DNA of 64,000 nt from Escherichia phage LF82-41. The stretch lies in sequence record PV660463. One strand, written 5' to 3'. Shown here one piece after another: positions 1 to 13,191 of the stretch (positions are counted from its first letter, which is position 1; every line of letters begins with the position of its first letter). The position numbers and the translations under genes were made by a program. The notes below the pieces were generated by a model. It had not been told where the DNA came from and made no database searches. It worked only from the letters and a program-made list of their open reading frames with translations.

Positions 1-2317
<2,317 letters not shown>

Positions 2318-2344
2318 AAATAAAGCAAATTAAGAGGAATTAAA

Positions 2345-4327
2345 ATGTCACTTCTCTCTCCGGGCGTTGAGCTCAAAGAAACTACCGTACAGAGTACTGT
2401 AGTTAATAACTCCACTGGTACTGCTGCCCTGGCTGGAAAATTCCAATGGGGACCTGCATTCCAGATTAAACAAATCACTGATGAAGTTGCATTAGTTGAT
2501 ATGTTTGGTACTCCTAATACGGATACAGCAGATTATTTCATGTCTGCTATGAACTTCCTTCAATACGGTAATGACCTTCGTGTTGTACGTGCAGTTGATC
2601 GTGATACTGCTAAGAACTCATCTCCTGTAGCAGGCAATATTGAATTCACAATCTCTGCTGCTGGTAGTAACTATGCGGTTGGTGATAAAATTATCGTTAA
2701 GTATTTGACCGAAACTGTTGAAGCAGATGGTTATGTCACTTCAGTTGATGTCGATGGTAAAATTCTTAACGTTTATATCCCAACCGGTAAAATTATTGCT
2801 CGTGCAAAAGAAATTAATGAATATCCTGCGTTGGGTTCTAACTGGACCGCCGAAGTTGCCAGTTCTTCTTCTGGGCTCTCTGGCGTTATTACAATTGGTT
2901 CTATCGTAACCGATTCTGGTATTCTGTTAACCGAAGTTGAAACTTCTGAAGAAGCTATTACTTCTTTAACTTTCCAAGAATCTATTAAAAAATATGGTGT
3001 CCCAGGTGTAGTTGCTCTTTATCCTGGTGAACTTGGCGACCAGCTCGAAATTGAAATCGTATCTAAAGCAGACTATGACAAAGGTGCTTCAGCCCAGTTA
3101 AAAATTTATCCTGATGGTGGTACTCGTGCATCTACTGCTAAAGCAATCTTTGGGTATGGCCCACAAACTGATGACCAATATGCAATTATCGTTCGTCGTA
3201 ACGATGCAGTAGTTCAGAGCGTAATTCTTTCTACTAAACGCGGTGAACGCGATATTTATGGTAGTAATATCTTTATTGATGATTTCTTTGCTAAAGGCGC
3301 AAGCAATTATATTTTCGCTACTGCACAAGGTTGGCCAAAAGGTTTCTCTGGCGTAATCAAACTGGGTGGTGGCTTATCATCTAATGAAACGGTTGACGCC
3401 GGTGATTTAATGGAAGCTTGGGATTTGTTTGCCGACCGCGAATCTGTTAATGCGCAGTTGTTTATTGCCGGTTCTTGTGCAGGTGAATCTTTAGAAGTTG
3501 CTTCTACAGTTCAGAAACATGTTGTAGCAATTGGTGATTCTCGCCAAGATTGCTTGGTTCTTTGCTCACCGCCACGTGCAACTATAGTCGGTATTCCTGT
3601 TAATCGTGCAGTTGATAATCTGGTTGATTGGCGTACTGCATCAGGAACTTACACTGATAATAACTTTAATGTAAGTTCTACTTACGCGGCTATTGACGGT
3701 AACTATAAATATCAATATGACAAATATAATGATGTGAATCGTTGGGTTCCATTAGCTGCTGATATTGCTGGTCTTTGTGCTCGTACAGACAATATTTCTC
3801 AGCCTTGGATGTCTCCTGCCGGTTATAACCGTGGACAAATTCTTAACGTTATTAAGCTTGCAATTGAAACTCGCCAAGCACAACGTGATCGTTTGTATCA
3901 GGAAGCTATTAACCCTGTTACTGGTACCGGTGGTGATGGGTATGTTCTGTATGGTGATAAAACTGCTACTTCCGTTCCTTCACCATTTGACCGTATTAAC
4001 GTTCGTCGTTTGTTCAATATGGTTAAAACGAACATTGGTTCAGCATCTAAATATCGCCTGTTTGAATTGAACAACGCATTTACCCGTTCTTCTTTCCGTA
4101 CAGAGACTTCTCAATATCTACAGGGTATTAAAGCTCTTGGTGGTGTATATAACTTTAAAGTTGTTTGTGATACTACCAATAACACACCAGCGGTTATCGA
4201 CCGTAATGAATTTGTAGCTACTTTCTACTTACAACCTGCGAGATCGATAAATTATATTACGTTGAACTTTGTAGCAACAGCAACGGGTGCCGATTTCGAC
4301 GAACTAATTGGTGCTGTAGGTGGCTAA
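2345..4327 (+). CDS. 18: contractile tail sheath protein (gp18-like)
   Basis: 660 aa, T4 gp18-like sequence and position after gene 17; late promoter and GAGG RBS upstream. Confidence 0.95.
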   Translation: MSLLSPGVELKETTVQSTVVNNSTGTAALAGKFQWGPAFQIKQITDEVALVDMFGTPNTDTADYFMSAMNFLQYGNDLRVVRAVDRDTAKNSSPVAGNIEFTISAAGSNYAVGDKIIVKYLTETVEADGYVTSVDVDGKILNVYIPTGKIIARAKEINEYPALGSNWTAEVASSSSGLSGVITIGSIVTDSGILLTEVETSEEAITSLTFQESIKKYGVPGVVALYPGELGDQLEIEIVSKADYDKGASAQLKIYPDGGTRASTAKAIFGYGPQTDDQYAIIVRRNDAVVQSVILSTKRGERDIYGSNIFIDDFFAKGASNYIFATAQGWPKGFSGVIKLGGGLSSNETVDAGDLMEAWDLFADRESVNAQLFIAGSCAGESLEVASTVQKHVVAIGDSRQDCLVLCSPPRATIVGIPVNRAVDNLVDWRTASGTYTDNNFNVSSTYAAIDGNYKYQYDKYNDVNRWVPLAADIAGLCARTDNISQPWMSPAGYNRGQILNVIKLAIETRQAQRDRLYQEAINPVTGTGGDGYVLYGDKTATSVPSPFDRINVRRLFNMVKTNIGSASKYRLFELNNAFTRSSFRTETSQYLQGIKALGGVYNFKVVCDTTNNTPAVIDRNEFVATFYLQPARSINYITLNFVATATGADFDELIGAVGG

Positions 4328-4340
4328 TAAGACGCCTGAT

Positions 4341-4358
4341 GGGCTATTTCGGTAGCCC
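4341..4358 (+). terminator. intergenic stem-loop after gene 18 (terminator-like)
   Basis: GGGCTA-tttcgg-TAGCCC; no T-run. Confidence 0.45.
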
Positions 4359-4359
4359 A

Positions 4360-4367
4360 TATAAATA
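4360..4367 (+). promoter_or_regulatory. late promoter TATAAATA (gene 19)
   Basis: Exact TATAAATA in intergenic region, part of repeated 16-mer TATAAATATAACTATA. Confidence 0.7.
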
Positions 4368-4439
4368 TAACTATATCGTTTAAAATTAATTCTATGGGCA
4401 TCTGGTTAATCCTAAGCCCATATTACTACAGAGGCTAAT

Positions 4440-4931
4440 ATGTTTGTAGATGACGTAACTCGTGCCTTCGAATCAGGTGATTTCGCTCGCCCTAACCTGT
4501 TCGAAGTAGAAATCTCTTATCTTGGGCAAAACTTTAGCTTCCAGTGTCGTGCTACGGCTCTTCCAGCTGCGATCGTTGAAAAGGTTCCTGTTTCTTATAT
4601 GAACCGTAAAATTAATGTGGCCGGTGATCGTACATTTGATGATTGGACTATTACAGTAATGAACGATGATGCTCATAGCATTCGTCAGAAATTTGTTGAT
4701 TGGCAAGGTATTGCAGCAGGACAAGGTAATGAAATTACCGGTGGTAAACCTGCTGAATATAAAAAGTCTGCTATTGTTCGCCAATTTGCTCGCGATGCTA
4801 AAACGGTCACTAAAGAAGTCGAAATTGTCGGCTTGTGGCCTACTAACGTTGGCGAAGTATCTCTTGATTGGGACAGCAATAACGAGATTGAAACGTTCGA
4901 AGTAACTCTTGCTCTTGATTGGTGGGAATAA
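4440..4931 (+). CDS. 19: tail tube protein (gp19-like)
   Basis: 163 aa; synteny 18-19-20; own late promoter. Confidence 0.9.
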   Translation: MFVDDVTRAFESGDFARPNLFEVEISYLGQNFSFQCRATALPAAIVEKVPVSYMNRKINVAGDRTFDDWTITVMNDDAHSIRQKFVDWQGIAAGQGNEITGGKPAEYKKSAIVRQFARDAKTVTKEVEIVGLWPTNVGEVSLDWDSNNEIETFEVTLALDWWE

Positions 4932-4935
4932 TCTG

Positions 4936-4955
4936 GTTGGGGAGAAATCCCCAGC
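4936..4955 (+). terminator. intergenic stem-loop after gene 19 (GNRA tetraloop)
   Basis: TGGGGA-gaaa-TCCCCA with flanking pairs; no strong T-run. Confidence 0.4.
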
Positions 4956-4979
4956 TTCCCGTGATGACGGAGAAGTCCA

Positions 4980-4987
4980 TATAAATA
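4980..4987 (+). promoter_or_regulatory. late promoter TATAAATA (gene 20)
   Basis: Exact TATAAATA, same 16-mer cassette as at 4360. Confidence 0.7.
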
Positions 4988-5015
4988 TAACTATAATTCC
5001 CATTCGGAGAATACA

Positions 5016-6587
5016 ATGAAATTTAATATCTTAAGTTTGTTTGCTCCATGGGCAAAAATGGACGAACGTGATTACAAAGACCAAGAAAAAGAAAATTTAG
5101 AATCGATCACCACACCAAAATTAGACGACGGCGCTAAAGAATACGAAGTATCTGAAAATGAAGCACAGCAAACATATAATGCTATGTTTCAGAGAATGTT
5201 CGGTAGCCAAGAACCAGGGCTCAAATCAACGCGTGAATTAATCGATACGTATCGAAATTTGATGACGAACTATGAAGTGGATAATGCAGTCTCTGAAATA
5301 GTTTCGGATGCTATCGTATATGAAGATGATACAGAAGTCGTTTCTATAAATTTAGACAACACAAAATTTAGTCCAAATATCAAATCAATGATGTTGGATG
5401 AATTTAACGAAGTGTTAAATCATTTATCTTTCCAACGTAAAGGTTCAGACCATTTTAGACGTTGGTACGTAGATTCTCGAATTTTCTTCCATAAAATTAT
5501 TGACCCTAAACGCCCTAAAGAAGGTATTAAAGAGCTTCGTCGTTTAGACCCACGTCAAGTTCAATATGTCCGTGAAGTTATTACAACCACTGAAGCTGGT
5601 GTTAAAATAGTCAAGGGTTATAAAGAATATTTCATTTATGACACATCACACGAATCTTATGCTTGTGATGGTCGCATATATGAAGCTGGCACAAAAATAA
5701 AAATCCCTAAAGCCGCGATTGTTTATGCCCATTCTGGTTTAGTTGATTGTTGTGGTAAAAATATCATTGGTTATTTGCATCGGGCTATTAAGCCGGCGAA
5801 CCAATTAAAACTTCTTGAAGATGCCGTCGTAATTTATCGTATTACTCGTGCTCCCGATCGTCGTGTATGGTACGTTGATACAGGTAATATGCCTTCAAGA
5901 AAAGCAGCAGAACATATGCAACATGTTATGAATACGATGAAAAACCGTATTGCATATGATGCTACTACAGGCAAGATTAAAAACCAGCAGCATATTATGT
6001 CGATGACCGAAGATTATTGGTTACAACGACGTGATGGTAAAGCAGTAACAGAAGTTGATACATTACCAGGTGCAGATAATACCGGAAATATGGAAGATGT
6101 ACGTTGGTTCCGTAATGCGCTTTATATGGCTTTACGTATTCCTATTACCCGTATTCCAAGCGACCAAGGTGGTATACAGTTTGATGCTGGTACTTCTATT
6201 ACACGAGATGAATTGTCATTTGGTAAATTTATTCGTGAGCTGCAACATAAATTTGAAGAGATATTCCTAGACCCGCTTAAAACTAATTTAATTCTTAAAG
6301 GAATTATTACAGAAGATGAGTGGAATGATGAAATAAATAATATTAAGATAAAATTTCATCGGGATAGTTATTTCTCGGAATTAAAGGATGCTGAGATTCT
6401 GGAGCGTCGTATTAATATGCTTCAGATGGCCGAACCATTTATTGGTAAATATATTTCTCACAGAACAGCTATGAAAGATATTCTTCAGATGTCTGACGAG
6501 GAAATTGAACAAGAGGCTAAGCAAATTGAAGAAGAGTCGAAAGAGGCTCGTTTCCAAGACCCCGACCAAGAACAAGAGGATTTTTAA
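5016..6587 (+). CDS. 20: portal vertex protein (gp20-like)
   Basis: 523 aa; T4 gp20-like length and position; late promoter upstream. Confidence 0.9.
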   Translation: MKFNILSLFAPWAKMDERDYKDQEKENLESITTPKLDDGAKEYEVSENEAQQTYNAMFQRMFGSQEPGLKSTRELIDTYRNLMTNYEVDNAVSEIVSDAIVYEDDTEVVSINLDNTKFSPNIKSMMLDEFNEVLNHLSFQRKGSDHFRRWYVDSRIFFHKIIDPKRPKEGIKELRRLDPRQVQYVREVITTTEAGVKIVKGYKEYFIYDTSHESYACDGRIYEAGTKIKIPKAAIVYAHSGLVDCCGKNIIGYLHRAIKPANQLKLLEDAVVIYRITRAPDRRVWYVDTGNMPSRKAAEHMQHVMNTMKNRIAYDATTGKIKNQQHIMSMTEDYWLQRRDGKAVTEVDTLPGADNTGNMEDVRWFRNALYMALRIPITRIPSDQGGIQFDAGTSITRDELSFGKFIRELQHKFEEIFLDPLKTNLILKGIITEDEWNDEINNIKIKFHRDSYFSELKDAEILERRINMLQMAEPFIGKYISHRTAMKDILQMSDEEIEQEAKQIEEESKEARFQDPDQEQEDF

Positions 6588-6823
6588 TGGACGATTTAAT
6601 TCAAGCTATTAAATCAAACGACCTCGTTGCTACTCGAAAGTTTTTTGAAAGTGCAATGGCAGAAAAAGCGGTTCGTTTGATTGAAGCGCGTAAAGCAGAA
6701 ATCGCTTCTCAATTTTTGATTGAAGGCGAAGAACCTGAAGAAGAAAAGAAAGCTAAAGCTTCGGAAGACGACGCTGATGAAGGCGATGACGACGAAGACG
6801 ATGATGATGAGGACGATGAATAA
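6587..6823 (+). CDS. 67: prohead core protein (gp67-like)
   Basis: 78 aa with poly-acidic C-terminus; position between 20 and 68. Confidence 0.8.
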   Translation: MDDLIQAIKSNDLVATRKFFESAMAEKAVRLIEARKAEIASQFLIEGEEPEEEKKAKASEDDADEGDDDEDDDDEDDE

Positions 6824-7248
6824 TGTATCTTATCCCTGAATCTTATGAATTGGTACTCGAAAATGTCGAAGCACTTATTCCTGAAGCACAGGGCCGAATC
6901 GATGCATTGTCTTCTGCTCTCGATATTGACGATATAAATACTATTATCGAGAACATGCTTGAAACTGAAACGGATTTAGCTGTTGCAATGGCTTCCATTA
7001 TTAATGAAGAACAGTTAAATGAGTTTATCGTTAAACATGTTTCTTCTCGTGGTGAAGTCACCCGCACTAAAGACCGTAAAACTCGTGAACGTAACGCGTT
7101 CCAAACCACTGGTCTTTCTAAAGCAAAACGTAGACAAATCGCTCGTAAGGTCGTTAAAGCTAAAAAAGCTAACCCTTCAGGCCAAGTTAAAGGCTTGCGT
7201 AAGCGTAAAAAGGCTCTTAAACGTCGTAAAGCATTAGGATTAAGCTAA
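6823..7248 (+). CDS. 68: prohead core protein (gp68-like)
   Basis: 141 aa, basic C-terminus; synteny. Confidence 0.8.
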   Translation: MYLIPESYELVLENVEALIPEAQGRIDALSSALDIDDINTIIENMLETETDLAVAMASIINEEQLNEFIVKHVSSRGEVTRTKDRKTRERNAFQTTGLSKAKRRQIARKVVKAKKANPSGQVKGLRKRKKALKRRKALGLS

Positions 7249-7889
7249 TGAATAAACCCGAGTTACTTATTGAAACTTGGGGTCAACCCGGTGAGATTAT
7301 TGATGGCGTTCCAATGTTGGAATCTCATGATGGAAAAGATTCTGGCTTAAAACCAGGGCTTTATATAGAAGGTATTTTTCTTCAGGCAGAGGTTGTTAAC
7401 CGAAATAAACGTTTATATCCTAAACGCGTTTTGGAAAAAGCAGTAAGTGACTATATTAAAGAACAAGTCGCAACCAAACAAGCCCTTGGAGAATTAAACC
7501 ATCCACCTCGCGCAAATGTTGACCCTATGCAAGCCGCTATCATTATTGAAGATATGTGGTGGAAAGGAAACGATGTATATGGACGCGCTAGAATTATTGA
7601 AGGCGACCATGGTCCCGGTGATAAATTAGCTGCTAATATACGAGCTGGTTGGATTCCAGGTGTTTCCTCTCGTGGTCTTGGTTCTTTAACCGACACTAAT
7701 AAAGGGTACCGTATCGTGAACGAAGGATTTAAATTAACCGTCGGCGTAGATGCCGTATGGGGACCTTCTGCTCCAGATGCTTGGGTTACTCCTAAACAAA
7801 TATCAGAATCAGAAAATTCGGTGGAAATCACCAAAAACAGTGCTGATGAAGCATTTAAAGCTCTCGCAGAGAGTTTAAAAGCATTATAA
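7248..7889 (+). CDS. 21: prohead core scaffold protein and protease (gp21-like)
   Basis: 213 aa; T4 gp21 length and position. Confidence 0.9.
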   Translation: MNKPELLIETWGQPGEIIDGVPMLESHDGKDSGLKPGLYIEGIFLQAEVVNRNKRLYPKRVLEKAVSDYIKEQVATKQALGELNHPPRANVDPMQAAIIIEDMWWKGNDVYGRARIIEGDHGPGDKLAANIRAGWIPGVSSRGLGSLTDTNKGYRIVNEGFKLTVGVDAVWGPSAPDAWVTPKQISESENSVEITKNSADEAFKALAESLKAL

Positions 7890-7892
7890 ATA
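7885..7892 (+). promoter_or_regulatory. late promoter TATAAATA (gene 22)
   Basis: Exact TATAAATA overlapping gene 21 stop, 31 nt upstream of gene 22 ATG. Confidence 0.65.
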
Positions 7893-7922
7893 ATAATGTA
7901 ATCTAAACCACAGGACACTAAA

Positions 7923-8735
7923 ATGATCAAAGAACAACTTTTGAAAGAAGCTCAGAATATCGAGACTTCAGTTGCTCTTAATAGTGTTTTCGAATCAGTA
8001 GAACTGTCTCCGGACGTTAAAGCTAATTTCAGCACTGTATTCGAAGCCACCGTTAAGCAGGAAGCAGTCAAACTAGCTGAATCTCATATCAAAGCTATCG
8101 CCGAAAAAGCCGAAGAAGAGGTTGAAAAGGCTAAAGAAGATGCTGAAGAGAAAGCTGATAAAAAATTGGCTGAACAAGCTTCTAAATTCCTGGACCATCT
8201 TGCAAAAGAATGGCTCGCAGAAAACCAAATCGCAGTTGATAAAGGCATTAAAGCTGATTTGTTTGAATCCATGCTTGGTGGTCTGAAAGAACTGTTTGTT
8301 GAACATAATGTTGTTGTTCCAGAAGAATCTGTAGATGTTGTAGCAGAAATGGAAGAAGAGCTGGCCGAACATAAAGAAGAAACCGCTCGTTTGTTCGAAG
8401 AAGTTACCAAACGTGATGCATATATCAATTACGTTCAGCGTGAAACCGCTATTAATGAAAGCGTAAAAGACCTGACTGAATCTCAGAAAGAAAAAGTTAT
8501 TGGCCTGGTTGAAGGTATGGATTATTCTGACGCATTTGGTACTAAGTTAACTGCTATTGTAGAAATGGTTAAAGGTTCTACTAAAGAAGAAGCCGCTATT
8601 ACCGAAAGTATAAATACAGTTGACAATGACGCTGCCGGTCTTAATTTTGTTGCCGAAGCAGTTGACACTACCACAACTCAGGTAGAACAGAATTCTAATG
8701 TAAGTTTATATGCGAAAGTCGCATCTCGTTTCTAA
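7923..8735 (+). CDS. 22: prohead core scaffold protein (gp22-like)
   Basis: 270 aa, acidic coiled-coil-rich; late promoter at 7885. Confidence 0.9.
   Translation: MIKEQLLKEAQNIETSVALNSVFESVELSPDVKANFSTVFEATVKQEAVKLAESHIKAIAEKAEEEVEKAKEDAEEKADKKLAEQASKFLDHLAKEWLAENQIAVDKGIKADLFESMLGGLKELFVEHNVVVPEESVDVVAEMEEELAEHKEETARLFEEVTKRDAYINYVQRETAINESVKDLTESQKEKVIGLVEGMDYSDAFGTKLTAIVEMVKGSTKEEAAITESINTVDNDAAGLNFVAEAVDTTTTQVEQNSNVSLYAKVASRF
8609..8616 (+). promoter_or_regulatory. late promoter TATAAATA (gene 23), inside 3' end of gene 22
   Basis: Exact TATAAATA ~137 nt upstream of gene 23 ATG. Confidence 0.6.
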
Positions 8736-8752
8736 TTTAAAGGTTAACACAA

Positions 8753-10321
8753 ATGACTACTATCAAAACTAAAGCTCAGCTCGTAGACAAATGGAAAGAA
8801 CTGCTGGAAGGTGAAGGCCTGCCGGAAATCGCTAATAGCAAGCAGGCTATTATCGCTAAAATCTTCGAAAACCAGGAAAAAGATTTCGAAGTATCCCCTG
8901 AATATAAAGACGAGAAAATCGCTCAGGCATTTGGTTCTTTCTTGACCGAAGCTGAAATTGGTGGTGACCATGGTTATAATGCTCAGAACATCGCAGCAGG
9001 TCAAACCTCTGGTGCAGTAACCCAAATTGGGCCAGCAGTTATGGGTATGGTTCGTCGTGCTATTCCTAATCTGATCGCTTTTGATATTTGTGGTGTTCAG
9101 CCTATGAACAGCCCTACCGGTCAGGTATTTGCTCTCCGTGCAGTATATGGTAAAGACCCTATCGCTGCTGGCGCTAAAGAAGCTTTCCATCCGATGTATG
9201 CCCCAGACGCGATGTTCTCTGGTCAGGGTGCTGCTAAGAAATTCCCAGCTCTGGCTGCTGACACTACTACTGTTGTAGGTGATATCTATACTCACTTCTT
9301 CCAAGAAACTGGTACTGTATATCTGCAAGCTTCTGCTGTCGTAACACTTGATTCTGGTGCAACTGATGCAGCTAAATTAGATGCAGAAGTTAAGAAACAA
9401 ATGGAAGCTGGTGCACTGGTAGAAATCGCTGAAGGTATGGCTACTTCTATCGCTGAACTCCAGGAAGGTTTCAACGGTTCTACCGATAACCCATGGAATG
9501 AAATGGGCTTCCGTATCGATAAACAAGTTATCGAAGCTAAATCTCGCCAGCTGAAAGCTGCTTACTCTATCGAATTAGCACAAGACCTCCGTGCAGTACA
9601 CGGTATGGATGCTGATGCTGAACTGAGCGGTATTCTGGCTACAGAAATTATGCTAGAAATCAACCGTGAAGTTGTTGATTGGATTAACTACTCTGCACAG
9701 GTTGGTAAATCTGGTATGACCCTGACTCCGGGTTCTAAAGCTGGCGTATTTGACTTCCAGGACCCGATTGATATCCGTGGTGCTCGTTGGGCCGGTGAAA
9801 GCTTTAAATCTCTGTTGTTCCAGATTGATAAAGAAGCAGTTGAAATTGCTCGTCAAACCGGCCGTGGTGAAGGTAACTTCATTATCGCTTCCCGTAACGT
9901 AGTTAACGTACTGGCTTCAGTTGATACTGGTATTTCTTACGCTGCACAGGGCCTGGCTTCTGGTTTTAATACCGACACTACTAAATCTGTGTTTGCCGGT
10001 GTACTTGGTGGTAAATACCGCGTATACATCGACCAGTATGCTAAACAGGATTACTTCACCGTTGGTTACAAAGGCGCTAACGAAATGGATGCAGGTATCT
10101 ACTATGCTCCTTACGTTGCACTTACCCCACTGCGTGGTTCCGATCCTAAGAACTTCCAGCCGGTAATGGGCTTTAAAACTCGTTACGGTATCGGTGTTAA
10201 CCCGTTTGCTGAAAGTTCCCTGCAGGCTCCAGGTGCTCGCATCCAGTCCGGTATGCCGTCTATCCTGAACAGCCTTGGTAAGAACGCTTACTTTAGACGC
10301 GTCTACGTTAAAGGAATTTAA
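8753..10321 (+). CDS. 23: major capsid protein (gp23-like)
   Basis: 522 aa; strongly T4 gp23-like; late promoter inside 3' end of gene 22. Confidence 0.95.
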   Translation: MTTIKTKAQLVDKWKELLEGEGLPEIANSKQAIIAKIFENQEKDFEVSPEYKDEKIAQAFGSFLTEAEIGGDHGYNAQNIAAGQTSGAVTQIGPAVMGMVRRAIPNLIAFDICGVQPMNSPTGQVFALRAVYGKDPIAAGAKEAFHPMYAPDAMFSGQGAAKKFPALAADTTTVVGDIYTHFFQETGTVYLQASAVVTLDSGATDAAKLDAEVKKQMEAGALVEIAEGMATSIAELQEGFNGSTDNPWNEMGFRIDKQVIEAKSRQLKAAYSIELAQDLRAVHGMDADAELSGILATEIMLEINREVVDWINYSAQVGKSGMTLTPGSKAGVFDFQDPIDIRGARWAGESFKSLLFQIDKEAVEIARQTGRGEGNFIIASRNVVNVLASVDTGISYAAQGLASGFNTDTTKSVFAGVLGGKYRVYIDQYAKQDYFTVGYKGANEMDAGIYYAPYVALTPLRGSDPKNFQPVMGFKTRYGIGVNPFAESSLQAPGARIQSGMPSILNSLGKNAYFRRVYVKGI

Positions 10322-10350
10322 TGCTTTAACGTTAAAATACATAACCTTAT

Positions 10351-10368
10351 GGGAGACTTCGGTCTCCC
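10351..10368. terminator. rho-independent terminator, bidirectional (gene 23 / minus ORF)
   Basis: GGGAGAC-TTCG-GTCTCCC followed by ATTTTTGGTTTT. Confidence 0.75.
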
Positions 10369-10378
10369 ATTTTTGGTT

Positions 10379-10648
10379 TTATTTCTGTGCAATTTCGATG
10401 TAAGTTTTCAAAATATTTTGCCAATTAGGCATACCTTCTTGGACATATGCTGGAGAACCGTCTTTGTTTTTGAATGATGCAAGTTTATCAGTGGCCCAAT
10501 AACCTTTAGCTCGAGCTTCAGAATCAACTTTCATCCATACTTTGTTGAAGGCATTACCATTAACTTTTGCATCATATTTTTCTACTAACTTATCTGCTTC
10601 AGCTTCTAGAACTTTTAAAGTATCTCTTAAGAAACGTGCTTTAGTCAT
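10379..10648 (-). CDS. hypothetical protein, 89 aa, opposite strand between genes 23 and 24
   Basis: ORF-track ORF with ATG start, GGAG RBS and its own early-type promoter; no recognisable motifs. Confidence 0.55.
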   Translation of the reverse strand: MTKARFLRDTLKVLEAEADKLVEKYDAKVNGNAFNKVWMKVDSEARAKGYWATDKLASFKNKDGSPAYVQEGMPNWQNILKTYIEIAQK

Positions 10649-10678
10649 TTTGTTTACTCCTCTGTAGTTGATAAGTCT

Positions 10679-10708
10679 ATAGTATCACATACCAAATACG
10701 TTGTAAAC
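10679..10708 (-). promoter_or_regulatory. early (sigma70-type) promoter GTTTAC-N18-TACTAT, for ORF 10379-10648
   Basis: -35 GTTTAC (10703-10708), -10 TACTAT (10679-10684) preceded by TGA; member of repeated cassette. Confidence 0.55.
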
Positions 10709-10714
10709 AATCTT

Positions 10715-10722
10715 TATAAATA
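10715..10722 (+). promoter_or_regulatory. late promoter TATAAATA (gene 24)
   Basis: Exact TATAAATA 27 nt upstream of ATG. Confidence 0.7.
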
Positions 10723-10748
10723 ATCTATATCACATAAGGAAAAATGCA

Positions 10749-12032
10749 ATGAGTAAAATCCAAAAATTATTGCGTGAATCTACAACGTCTACTAGCAACT
10801 CAATCGGTCGCCCAAATCTCGTTGCTTTGACTCGCGCTACGACTAAATTAATATATTCTGACATTGTGGCAACACAAAGAACTAATCAACCTGTTGCTGC
10901 TTTTTATGGTATTAAATATCTTAACCCAGACAACGAATTAACATTTAAAACTGGTGCTACTTATGCAGGCGAAGCTGGATATGTAGACCGAGAAAAAATT
11001 ACCGAGCTCACAGAAGAATCAAAAGCCACACTAAATAAAGGTGATTTTTTCAAATATAATAATATAGTCTATAAAGTGTTAGAAGATACACCGTTTGCAG
11101 ATATTCAGGAAAGTGATCTAGAATTAGCTCTTCAGATTGCGGTCGTTCATTTAAAGGTACGGTTATTTTCAGATGCAGCGGTAACAAGCAAATTTGAAAG
11201 CTCTGGTAGCGAAATTTCTGATGCAAGATTCCAGATTAATAAATGGCAAACTTCAGTCAAATCTCGTAAACTTAAAACCGGTCTCACGGTTGAATTAGCG
11301 CAAGATTTAGAAGCGAATGGATTTGATGCCCCTAACTTCTTAGAAGATTTGCTTGCTACTGAAATGGCTGATGAAATTAATAAAGATATTCTTCAGTCTT
11401 TAATTACTGTATCGAAACGTTATAAAGTTACTGGAATTACTGACACTGGATTTATTGACTTGAGCTATGCGTCTGCTCCGGAAGCAGGTCGTTCGTTATA
11501 TCGAATGGTGTGTGAAATGGTATCACACATTCAAAAAGAGTCAACTTATACTGCAACGTTTTGCGTAGCTTCAGCTCGTGCAGCTGCTATTCTTGCTGCT
11601 TCGGGTTGGTTAAAACATAAGCCGGAAGATGATAAGTATCTTTCACAAAATGCTTATGGATTCTTGGCAAATGGATTACCTCTTTACTGCGATACCAACA
11701 GTCCGTTAGATTATGTTATTGTGGGTGTTGTAGAAAATATCGGCGAAAAAGAGATTGTAGGGTCCATCTTTTATGCTCCATACACTGAAGGAATGGATTT
11801 AGACGACCCGGAACATGTCGGTGCATTTAAAGTTGTAGTTGACCCAGAAAGCTTGCAACCGTCTATCGGTTTATTGGTTAGATATGCTTTATCAGCAAAT
11901 CCTTACACAGTAGCAAAAGATGAAAAAGAAGCGAGAGTAATTGATGGCGGGGACATGGATAAAATGGCAGGACGTTCGGACTTGTCTGTTTTACTCGGTG
12001 TTAAATTGCCTAAAATTATTATAGATGAATAA
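10749..12032 (+). CDS. 24: capsid vertex protein (gp24-like)
   Basis: 427 aa as in T4 gp24; late promoter upstream. Confidence 0.9.
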   Translation: MSKIQKLLRESTTSTSNSIGRPNLVALTRATTKLIYSDIVATQRTNQPVAAFYGIKYLNPDNELTFKTGATYAGEAGYVDREKITELTEESKATLNKGDFFKYNNIVYKVLEDTPFADIQESDLELALQIAVVHLKVRLFSDAAVTSKFESSGSEISDARFQINKWQTSVKSRKLKTGLTVELAQDLEANGFDAPNFLEDLLATEMADEINKDILQSLITVSKRYKVTGITDTGFIDLSYASAPEAGRSLYRMVCEMVSHIQKESTYTATFCVASARAAAILAASGWLKHKPEDDKYLSQNAYGFLANGLPLYCDTNSPLDYVIVGVVENIGEKEIVGSIFYAPYTEGMDLDDPEHVGAFKVVVDPESLQPSIGLLVRYALSANPYTVAKDEKEARVIDGGDMDKMAGRSDLSVLLGVKLPKIIIDE

Positions 12033-12040
12033 AAGAAAAA

Positions 12041-12056
12041 GGGACCGTAAGGTCCC
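12041..12056. terminator. rho-independent terminator, bidirectional (gene 24 / rnlB)
   Basis: GGGACC-GTAA-GGTCCC followed by TTTTTTTG, A-run on the other side. Confidence 0.75.
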
Positions 12057-12064
12057 TTTTTTTG

Positions 12065-13072
12065 TTATGATACTAATTCAATCCATGCAGGACGCAGAAC
12101 ATCTTGCACCATTCGGACTAATTCTTTCTTAACAAGATTTGGATTATCAGATGATGTTAATACAATACCTTCACGAGAAGTTTCTTCCAGAATATCTTGA
12201 ACAGTCAATCCCATCACTTTGCCAAAATCTTTTGGCGTTACGGTCCCAATCTTAGAAATAACATTATTAACACGATTTAATGTAACATAACAAGCTAGAA
12301 CATCAAGCAAGTTTTTGTCAATTTCGGTTAATGGAACCTGAGTTTTAATAGGCTTATCAGACTTTTTCTTTTCACTGAATTTAGAGTTCTTGCACTTAAT
12401 AGCTACACGAGTACCGTTTGGCAGCCATTTAGGGAAACAAGGCTTCAGAACATAACCTTCTGCTGTATTATCGCCAATAACATTAGCATCAAATACACAA
12501 TTATTTGCTTCGACAAGGTCTTCTGACGCAGTAGCATTATAAGCGGCTAAAACGGAATCAAGGTCATTTGGAATCATGATAAGAGAATCAAATGTTCCAC
12601 GTCCAAGCATTGGCGCCATTTTAAAACCAAACGTATTACAGAAATCTTGCATTTCGTAATCACTCATGTAATAAGTATCACCGCTTTCTGTGTTTATGAT
12701 GATATCGAATACATAGAAATCTTTTTCACCGTAGTCAACACCTTTCTGAATTCCACCACCAGCGAATTCACCAAAGATTTGATATGTCACTGGCACTGAA
12801 GTTGAAATACTGCCCATGACTTCTTGAACACCTTTAATAGCCTTATCATACTTCTTGAGTACGATTTCATAACCATAAAAATCTTCTGCTGGAAGAATAG
12901 GGCCTGTGCGCTTGGCGCATGTGACGTTGTCACGTTCAATAATTAAACTAAAGTTGGTCCCATGGATTTTCTCACGTGCTACCCAAACACCAGTAGTCAA
13001 ACCGTTAGTGTAGAGTTTTTCAATAAACTTAGAGTTGTAGTGGTTTTCAAGACTGCTGTATTTCTTAAACAT
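12065..13072 (-). CDS. rnlB: RNA ligase 2 (Rnl2, gp24.1-like)
   Basis: 335 aa; N-terminus [13 protein letters not shown] and KIHGTN nucleotidyl-lysine motif match T4 Rnl2 as recalled. Confidence 0.9.
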   Translation of the reverse strand: MFKKYSSLENHYNSKFIEKLYTNGLTTGVWVAREKIHGTNFSLIIERDNVTCAKRTGPILPAEDFYGYEIVLKKYDKAIKGVQEVMGSISTSVPVTYQIFGEFAGGGIQKGVDYGEKDFYVFDIIINTESGDTYYMSDYEMQDFCNTFGFKMAPMLGRGTFDSLIMIPNDLDSVLAAYNATASEDLVEANNCVFDANVIGDNTAEGYVLKPCFPKWLPNGTRVAIKCKNSKFSEKKKSDKPIKTQVPLTEIDKNLLDVLACYVTLNRVNNVISKIGTVTPKDFGKVMGLTVQDILEETSREGIVLTSSDNPNLVKKELVRMVQDVLRPAWIELVS

Positions 13073-13163
13073 AAATCACCATTATAAATAATAATATCAA
13101 AATAATTAGCAGAGACTCTATCTCCGACCCGATGTTTAATTTGAATGGATAGAACCTAGATTC

Positions 13164-13191
13164 ATTATACCATCAAAAAATGTAAAGCATA
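13164..13191 (-). promoter_or_regulatory. middle (MotA-dependent) promoter-like element upstream of rnlB
   Basis: MotA-box-like TATGCTTTA (13183-13191), 13-nt spacer, TATAAT (13164-13169). Confidence 0.4.

Noticed and set aside
13164-13191. GTTTAC-type early promoter for rnlB
   Set aside because: No acceptable -35/-10 spacing found; the sequence fits a MotA-box middle promoter better, and that is what is annotated.
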